Part shown: piece by piece, positions 57,379-64,000 of the stretch
Layout: each line of letters begins with the position of its first letter
How positions within the stretch are numbered: the stretch's first letter is position 1
Source of the DNA: a virus
Strand: one strand, 5' to 3'
UHGV virus genome: UHGV-1455077
Length of the DNA stretch: 64,000 nt
Program-made: the position numbers and the translations under genes
The notes under the pieces: model-generated
Database searches by the model: none
Seen by the model: the letters and a program-made list of their open reading frames with translations, nothing else
What the model was told of the DNA's origin: nothing

Positions 57379-58643
57379 TATATTTCCCCTTTTGCATAGA
57401 TAAATTTAAAACTAATTAAATTTGTAAATTCAGTATCAAACAATATTTGACAAGTTTCACCTTTTAAAACAGGTATAATTGTTCTTAAATATTTGTCTGC
57501 ACTTCTTGATGCATAACAATAACCATAATTTAAACCACTTCTTATAATAGCTATATCAACCCAGTTTGGCCCTTGCCCATCTATACTGAAATAACCATTT
57601 GCTGGAGCAATATAAGTTGCTCCTGATGCTCCTAAAGTTAATGAAACATATTTACTACCTGGCATAACTTGTTGTGTAATAAATGTAGTATCATTTTTAT
57701 CAAATAATTGATATGCATTATTAAAACTAAATGTAGTAATTTTTCCAGAAGCATCAGTTAAAAATGTTCCAATTGGACATACTACCCAATCATTTAACCA
57801 TCCATTTGAAATATCATTTAAAACATATTTCCATTTATTTTCATTTGGAGAATACCAAATAGAATATGTAGATAATGTTGGTGCATTATTTTGATAATAA
57901 ACTTTTGATGTTTCTAAAAACTCTAATTGTCTTTCATCATCTGAAACTCTAGCAAATAATGTATATGATGTATTTGGAGCTAAAGATATTGTCCAATAAG
58001 TTAAAGTAGGTAAAATTTTTACAATATTATTTTGACTTCCATCATCATTGTTACCATTTGGAAATATATAAGTATTTCCACCATTTTTAATTATTGTATT
58101 TCCAATAAAACCAAATCCGTTAAATACTTGGTCAATAGATGTCCAAGATGTTGTAGTAGATGTTCCAATAGCAAATGGAAAAGAACATTCTTGCCAACCA
58201 TCAGTTGTATCCAAATAACATTTTTTATCAGTTGTATTAAAATAAATTTTAAATGTTGCAGTTGATTCGGGTAATTCAGATACAGTTTCACCTGTTAAAA
58301 ATCCAGTTAATAATACATCATAATCTTTAGAAAGTGCTAACATAACTTGACCATCATAATTTGCATTTGCACTTGTAATATCTGTTGTGGTAGTTTTCAT
58401 AATACCATTACCATTATAAACTTTACTACCTGCTTTAAGTGTAATTGTACCATTATTTAATTCAAGTTTAATATCTTGAGGTATTTTTGTTAAACAGTTT
58501 GTAATTTGACCATAAGTCCAATATGGTTTAGAACCATTATTACTTAACATCATTCCTGATGTTTCATCATTCATTAATGGCATTTGAACACCATTTAACA
58601 TAATTTTTTGACTAAGTTCATTGTTACCTAAATATAATGTCAT
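57378..58643 (-). CDS. tail fibre / receptor-binding protein paralogue
   Basis: Shared motifs with 55172..56551. Confidence 0.6.
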   Translation of the reverse strand: MTLYLGNNELSQKIMLNGVQMPLMNDETSGMMLSNNGSKPYWTYGQITNCLTKIPQDIKLELNNGTITLKAGSKVYNGNGIMKTTTTDITSANANYDGQVMLALSKDYDVLLTGFLTGETVSELPESTATFKIYFNTTDKKCYLDTTDGWQECSFPFAIGTSTTTSWTSIDQVFNGFGFIGNTIIKNGGNTYIFPNGNNDDGSQNNIVKILPTLTYWTISLAPNTSYTLFARVSDDERQLEFLETSKVYYQNNAPTLSTYSIWYSPNENKWKYVLNDISNGWLNDWVVCPIGTFLTDASGKITTFSFNNAYQLFDKNDTTFITQQVMPGSKYVSLTLGASGATYIAPANGYFSIDGQGPNWVDIAIIRSGLNYGYCYASRSADKYLRTIIPVLKGETCQILFDTEFTNLISFKFIYAKGEI

Positions 58644-60397
58644 TATTCACCCCAATCTACTATTGTTGCCGCAATATATGTTTTTAAAATTTTGTACATT
58701 TCCATCCAGTATGTTGTATTTGTTAATTCTGTTCCCGCTGGAATATTATCTTGTAATCCTAAATAACCATATTGAGCTGTACTATCTTCATATGTTACAA
58801 AATCACTAGCAATATATGCTTTACTTGAATCCCAATCACCTTTAGGATTAATACCTTTACCACTTGTAATATCTACTGGAGTTGGGTTTTCTAAACCACC
58901 GTCATTTGTCCAAGATAATGTATAACCATTTTCCATAGGAGTTAATTCTGGAGTAAATGTTATACCTTCTGTACCAATATTAAGATTGTAAAAATATTTT
59001 AAATCTACTAATGTTCCAGCAGTTAATCCAGAAACTAATGTAACTGTTTTTTTATCTGTTCCTAATGTATAAGCCGCAGAAGTTAATTCTGTATTACCAA
59101 CATTTACAGACAATACTGATTTATCATAAATTTCGTGAGAAGCTACAAAAGTTGTTTGTCCTTCTGTGGCTGTAAATGATTCAACAATTCTTTGTGCATA
59201 ATTAGTATAGATAGAAATTGTTTCAGGATTATCTAAATTTTTATTATTTGTAAATGAAATTGTTGCTTCGTGTGCATCTTGTGTTGTATGTGGTGTATAT
59301 GTAACACCATCAGAAATAACAACGTCCGTTGGATTAGGCAATCCAGCATCATTTGTCCAAGATAATGTTGTATCCAAACCAACTTTAGTTTGAGTTGGAG
59401 TATAGGTTGCACCATCTTTTATAATAACAGTATTTGGATTTTCCAATTCTCCATCATTTGTCCAAGATAATGTTGTTTCTGTTCCTGTTTTAGATTGTGA
59501 AGGAATAAATGTAACACCATCATAGATATGAGAATCTGCTGGGTTTTCTAAACCACCGTCATTTGTCCAAGATAATGTTGTATCTCTATCAACTTTATTA
59601 ATATGAGGAGTATAAGTTGCACCTACTTGAATCTCTAAATTATTAAACCAAGATAATTGAACTCTTGTTCCTATTGGAACAGCATTTTTTAAAACAACGG
59701 TATCTAAAGTTTCATTTAAATCCCATTCAGAATTTAAAATAACTGAATTTTCAATATTAACAGTAATTAAATCTTTTTTAAGAACTTTTTCACCTAAAGG
59801 AAAATCAGTTGTACTTTCTAAAGTTGTTGTAAATGATTTTGAAACAATTTGAGATACGTTTGTTGGAATAATCATATTACCATATACAATTACTTCAATA
59901 TTATTACCTGGTTCAACTGGCTCATTAAAAGTAAGAGTTTTACCATCTTCAGCTAATGTATAGTTATTTGATTGTAATAAAAGGTTATTAATATTAACTG
60001 ATAAAGATTCTTTGTTAGCAACTGCATCATCTAATACAACACTTGTAATTTCATTTACAGGGTCATAGAAAAATTTAGATGATTTAAAATAACCTGCTAA
60101 TAATTGCCATTTATTAAAATCAAATGGTTCTTGAGCTGTATGTTCCATTCTACATTGAAATAAACTATTATTATATGAAACAATATCGCCAACACGGTAA
60201 GTAATACCAGGTGTCCAAATTGTTGAAGTATTATCACCACCTGTACCACCAATATCGTGAGCAACTTCATCAGGTGTTAAATATTGAGCAAAACCATCAT
60301 TATTAATTTTTACATAAGTATTAGGATTATCCTTAAAAGGTGATTGAAATTCATCAATCATACTTGTTGTAATTTTTATATTTGGTGTTCCAACCAT
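58643..60397 (-). CDS. tail fibre protein with four tandem ~30-aa repeats (start moved to MVGTPNIKITTSM)
   Basis: Repeats ...TYTP..TK...DTTLSWTNDGGLENP.... The track N-terminal extension to 60565 runs through the palindromic operator and intergenic promoter. Confidence 0.6.
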   Translation of the reverse strand: MVGTPNIKITTSMIDEFQSPFKDNPNTYVKINNDGFAQYLTPDEVAHDIGGTGGDNTSTIWTPGITYRVGDIVSYNNSLFQCRMEHTAQEPFDFNKWQLLAGYFKSSKFFYDPVNEITSVVLDDAVANKESLSVNINNLLLQSNNYTLAEDGKTLTFNEPVEPGNNIEVIVYGNMIIPTNVSQIVSKSFTTTLESTTDFPLGEKVLKKDLITVNIENSVILNSEWDLNETLDTVVLKNAVPIGTRVQLSWFNNLEIQVGATYTPHINKVDRDTTLSWTNDGGLENPADSHIYDGVTFIPSQSKTGTETTLSWTNDGELENPNTVIIKDGATYTPTQTKVGLDTTLSWTNDAGLPNPTDVVISDGVTYTPHTTQDAHEATISFTNNKNLDNPETISIYTNYAQRIVESFTATEGQTTFVASHEIYDKSVLSVNVGNTELTSAAYTLGTDKKTVTLVSGLTAGTLVDLKYFYNLNIGTEGITFTPELTPMENGYTLSWTNDGGLENPTPVDITSGKGINPKGDWDSSKAYIASDFVTYEDSTAQYGYLGLQDNIPAGTELTNTTYWMEMYKILKTYIAATIVDWGE

Positions 60398-60457
60398 TTC
60401 AATTTTCCTTATATATTCATATAAGATATTTATAAAAAAATTTAGGAATAAAAAAGT

Positions 60458-60484
60458 TTGTGGATATTTATTAAATATCCACAA
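60458..60484. promoter_or_regulatory. 27-bp perfect palindrome, copy 2
   Basis: TTGTGGATATTTATTAAATATCCACAA inside the 36-bp repeat aaagtttgtggatatttattaaatatccacaaaggg. Confidence 0.6.
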
Positions 60485-60505
60485 AGGGTTATTTTGGAAA
60501 TAGTT

Positions 60506-61024
60506 ATGGCTGATATTAGTAAAATTAAAATAGATAGAATTGATGGTCTTGAAGAAGAACTTCAAAAAGTATCATCACCTGGTGATTTATGTTATTCATT
60601 ATGTACTTCAAAAACAGGTTGGCTTTTATGTGATGGAACAAGTTATTCAGTTTCAGATTATCCAAACTTATTTAATGTCATTGGTTATACCTTTGGTGGA
60701 AGTGGAGATAATTTTAATGTGCCTAATTACAAAGGTAAATTTCTTCAAATGATAAATGATAATCAATCTTTAGGTCAGGAAATTGAAGCTGGTTTACCTA
60801 ATATTGTAGGTAAATTTTCAGGAAGATGTATATTAAATGATTCTATACAATATTCAGGTGCCCTTTATGAAGATAATACATATACTACTCAATTAGCTGG
60901 TGGTACATCAGGTAATCATACTAGAGGTATTGGTTTTAATGCATCAAAATCAAATACAATTTATGGTAAGTCAAATACAGTTCAACCACCTGCTTCATTA
61001 GTTAATTACTTCATCAAATATTAA
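60506..61024 (+). CDS. phage tail-collar domain protein (start moved to MADISKIKIDR)
   Basis: GWLLCDGTSYSVSDYPNLFNVIGYTFGGSGDNFNVPNYKGKF; paralogue of 37627..38160. Confidence 0.7.
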   Translation: MADISKIKIDRIDGLEEELQKVSSPGDLCYSLCTSKTGWLLCDGTSYSVSDYPNLFNVIGYTFGGSGDNFNVPNYKGKFLQMINDNQSLGQEIEAGLPNIVGKFSGRCILNDSIQYSGALYEDNTYTTQLAGGTSGNHTRGIGFNASKSNTIYGKSNTVQPPASLVNYFIKY

Positions 61025-62320
61025 TTAATATCCTTCTGCTTGCCAATAACCAGCAGTAATTGTCATACCTGTTGTTGTAATATTAGTTGCTCCAACAGTT
61101 GTTGTTAATGGTATATTTTCAAATGCAACAGGAAATACTGGATTAGCATTATTTCCCCATTGTTCTTTCCATCCGTCTGAATAAATTCTATATCCAATTG
61201 TTGTTGCTTGTTCTTTAACTACAAAATGATGCTCAAAACTTGAAGTTAAATCTCGTGTTGGAAAATAAGAACTTAATTGTGAAGATGTTGCTTTAAATCT
61301 ACCAATTAATTTATATCTATTTGTTGGTTCAACATCAGAATAAATGAAATCATCATTTATAAAATCATAATATACATTATATGTTACATTAATTTTTAAT
61401 GATTCTGTATTAAAGTATTCAATTTTCATATAACCATTAGAACCATTATAAGCAATAGTATTACTACCAGAAGTATTTGAATCTCCACCTTTACCATATG
61501 TTTCATAAACTGGTGTGCCACCATTTTTATAACCACCATTTGCTCCATAATTTCCTGAAACACCATCTAAATTAAATACTTCTTCTTCAATAGTAAAATT
61601 AATTACTGTTGTTAATCCACCAGTCTTTGCGGCTTCTGCTCCACTTCTCCACCAAGAATGTCCACCAAAACCACCAGGTGTTGAAATATATTGGCTATCT
61701 GATAATTTTAATATTGTTGCTCCACCTGTATCACCAGTTGCATTCATATCTAAACCATATTTTGCATTACCACCTTGACCAACAGTTAAAGTATAAGTTC
61801 CTTCTGCTAAAAATACTTTACATTGATATGCTGAACCAGATGCACCTGCGGATGATGCAGATGAATTACTTGATTGTGTTCCTGCTCCGCCACCACCAGC
61901 ACCAACAGTTGTAATAATATAAAAACCAGAAGGTAAATATTTTTGAATAGTTTGTGGTGTATCACTTTCAAATAATATTTCTCCAGCAGTTAAATCAATT
62001 TCACTTTCATCAGCAAATTTTAAGTTTTTTACTGTTGGTTTATTAAAAATATATAATTTTTCTGTTTCTTCATCATAAAATGAGCCTTCACTTATAATAA
62101 GTCTATTATCAAAATTTGATAAAGTTAAACCATTATTATATTCACGTAATGCCATATGAGAAACTAAATCATCTTGTGGAATATAATTAATTGTTTTCTC
62201 ATCTTCAAAAACTGCAATGTTATTTGCATTATTAAATGGTTTAATATTTAATTCTAAACGTGGATTTGATATTTTTACACTCATTTTAATAGCCTTTTGC
62301 AAACCAATAACCAGCGGCAA
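61025..62320 (-). CDS. tail fibre / receptor-binding protein with Gly-rich region and conserved C-terminal domain
   Basis: GAGGGGAGTQSSNSSASSAGASGS...; C-terminal IGYRIYSDGWKEQWGNNANPVFPVAF...GY. Confidence 0.6.
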   Translation of the reverse strand: MPLVIGLQKAIKMSVKISNPRLELNIKPFNNANNIAVFEDEKTINYIPQDDLVSHMALREYNNGLTLSNFDNRLIISEGSFYDEETEKLYIFNKPTVKNLKFADESEIDLTAGEILFESDTPQTIQKYLPSGFYIITTVGAGGGGAGTQSSNSSASSAGASGSAYQCKVFLAEGTYTLTVGQGGNAKYGLDMNATGDTGGATILKLSDSQYISTPGGFGGHSWWRSGAEAAKTGGLTTVINFTIEEEVFNLDGVSGNYGANGGYKNGGTPVYETYGKGGDSNTSGSNTIAYNGSNGYMKIEYFNTESLKINVTYNVYYDFINDDFIYSDVEPTNRYKLIGRFKATSSQLSSYFPTRDLTSSFEHHFVVKEQATTIGYRIYSDGWKEQWGNNANPVFPVAFENIPLTTTVGATNITTTGMTITAGYWQAEGY

Positions 62321-63278
62321 TTGTCATTCCTGTACGAGTAACAGCAGAAGCCCCTCTTGAAATAGATAATGGAATTTCATTAAATGCTACTGGAAATACA
62401 GGATTAACTAAATTACCCCATTGTTCTTTCCATCCGTCTGAATAAATTCTATATCCTGTCGTTCCTGATTGCTCTTTAATTATATATCTATTTTGATATG
62501 ATGTTGCTAAATCTTGTGTTGGATAATAACGAACAATTGAGGTGCTATCACTTGCAGTTACAAAATAGCCTATTTCTCTAAATACTTCTCCATTATTTTC
62601 AAAATCAGTATCTGCACTTTGTGATAGTACATAAGGATATAATGCATTAGGTTGTAATGTTGGCATATCAATAATGAAATCTTGAGTAATTTCTAAATAT
62701 TTTTTATCTAATATTTTTTTATAATGATATTCATTATTAATCGGAACATAATATAATAATTCATCACCTTCATTCATTATTGGTTTATCTGCATAACTTG
62801 TTATAATCATATCATATTCATTAATATGATTTTTAATACGGCAAAGATAATATTTTAATGTTTCTCCTGTTGATGAATCTAATCCGCCATCACCATTTGT
62901 ATTATATAAATTAGTTGTATATCTTACTTGATAATTATTAACTGTTAAATCCATCGGTTGAAATTGATATGTTACATTAATATCCCATAATGGATAATTT
63001 GAATGAAAATGCTGTTGATTAGAATTTATTTCAAGATAGTAATCACAAACTGTATCTAAAAAGGTATGCCCTTTTGTAAGCATTAATTGCCCATTTACCA
63101 TTTTAAATGTTAATCCAGAAGAAGCATTTGAAAGATTATATTTTTCTGCAAGTTCAGTTGAAGAAATAGTATCTAATGCAGAAGCGTTTGAATTTATTAC
63201 AACAAATCCATTATTATCAGGCAATGGACGTTCAAATCTATTAAATTTTATTTTATTTGTCATATTAATATCCTTCAA
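62286..63278 (-). CDS. receptor-binding protein paralogue (same C-terminal domain)
   Basis: C-terminal TGYRIYSDGWKEQWGNLVNPVFPVAF...AKGY. Confidence 0.6.
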   Translation of the reverse strand: MKDINMTNKIKFNRFERPLPDNNGFVVINSNASALDTISSTELAEKYNLSNASSGLTFKMVNGQLMLTKGHTFLDTVCDYYLEINSNQQHFHSNYPLWDINVTYQFQPMDLTVNNYQVRYTTNLYNTNGDGGLDSSTGETLKYYLCRIKNHINEYDMIITSYADKPIMNEGDELLYYVPINNEYHYKKILDKKYLEITQDFIIDMPTLQPNALYPYVLSQSADTDFENNGEVFREIGYFVTASDSTSIVRYYPTQDLATSYQNRYIIKEQSGTTGYRIYSDGWKEQWGNLVNPVFPVAFNEIPLSISRGASAVTRTGMTIAAGYWFAKGY

Positions 63279-64000
63279 CCTTCCAATTTCTTGCTGTAAT
63301 TGTCATACCTGTTGTTGTAACATTTGTAGCATCTCTTTCAACAATTTGTGGTATTCTAATAAAAGCAACAGGAAATGTTGGATTAGCATTATTTCCCCAT
63401 TGGACTTTCCATCCATCTGAATAAATTCTATATCCAATTGTTTCAAGTGATTCAGCAATAACATTACCGTGCATAAATGATTCTTCAAGAGTTAATGATG
63501 GATAAAAATATTCAGTTTCATTTAAAATATTTGTGTTATAAAAACCTATTTTAGCATATTCAGTATATCCATCAGGCAAAGTTGGAATGTTATCAATTGA
63601 AGTTAATATTTTTCCTTCTTTATTTTCTCCACCTATTGCAAAAATATTATATGATTGATTAGGTATTCTAAAATCGTGATAATATGCAACAATTATAAAT
63701 CTTCCTATTGATACATATCCTTCTGCGTGTGTTGAAGCATAATTAACATATCTAAAATAACTATATTCTTTTAAAGTTTCTTTTGCTTGATATTCATTAA
63801 TAGCATTTTCCACAGTATTTGGAATAATATCTTTATTATTAACAGAAACCAATATGTCCCAATTAACTCCATCTTGAGAAGCTAAAATATCAAAAACTGT
63901 TCCACTTGTTGTTGCATCAGCTTGTCTATTTTGAATAACAAATTTTTCAACTCTTATTGGAAATATTGTTTTATATTGTAGCCAATGTGGATATTCCGTA
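63265..64000 (-). CDS. receptor-binding protein paralogue, N-terminus beyond window end
   Basis: The reading frame stays open from the track Met at 63852 to position 64000. C-terminal IGYRIYSDGWKVQWGNNANPTFPVAF...EGY. Confidence 0.5.
   Translation of the reverse strand, partial: TEYPHWLQYKTIFPIRVEKFVIQNRQADATTSGTVFDILASQDGVNWDILVSVNNKDIIPNTVENAINEYQAKETLKEYSYFRYVNYASTHAEGYVSIGRFIIVAYYHDFRIPNQSYNIFAIGGENKEGKILTSIDNIPTLPDGYTEYAKIGFYNTNILNETEYFYPSLTLEESFMHGNVIAESLETIGYRIYSDGWKVQWGNNANPTFPVAFIRIPQIVERDATNVTTTGMTITARNWKVEGY

Noticed and set aside
58643-60565. The 640-aa extent of the minus-strand fibre ORF
   Set aside because: The first 56 codons read through the intergenic promoter and the 27-bp palindromic operator and encode a low-complexity peptide. 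The real start is the internal Met (MVGTPNIKITTSM) at 60397. The same logic moves the starts of 60458 (to 60506), 20355 (to 20400), 10050 (to 10095) and 29840 (to 29894).

Overview
This window is an AT-rich (~28-30% GC) segment of a large tailed, probably virulent, bacteriophage genome. No integrase, rRNA or CRISPR array was found. The gene organisation has four parts. (i) Positions 1-11300 hold plus-strand small early-type genes, an SPFH/band-7 protein, dUTPase, a protein with CBM5/12-like repeats and a 912-aa Ig-like-repeat protein. (ii) Positions 11300-24100 are a promoter-dense RNA island. It holds about 22 tRNA genes, HNH and GIY-YIG homing endonucleases, an AAA+ ATPase and a frameshifted endonuclease. 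It also holds a repeated family of structured tRNA-like RNA units, each with a conserved ATAGTGA...TTTACATAG leader and a covarying closing stem; several units are circularly permuted with respect to tRNA. (iii) Positions 24100-37200 hold a Ro60/Rsr-like TROVE plus vWA protein with a hairpin-rich downstream region, two more tRNAs, and an operon of small overlapping genes that includes a GatB/YqeY protein. (iv) Positions 37200-64000 are a late structural region with multiple paralogous receptor-binding, tail-fibre and tail-collar proteins on both strands. Embedded in it is a cassette of six tandem radical SAM paralogues (47364-54466), preceded by two paralogous ~200-aa proteins; one of these ends in a Cys/Ser-only tail encoded by a 27-nt tandem repeat. 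Promoters are sigma70-type consensus (TTGACA-N17-TATAAT), many in near-identical copies. Terminators are canonical hairpin plus T-run, several of them bidirectional between convergent genes. All calls rest on reading the sequence and translated ORFs by eye. No database or tool was run.
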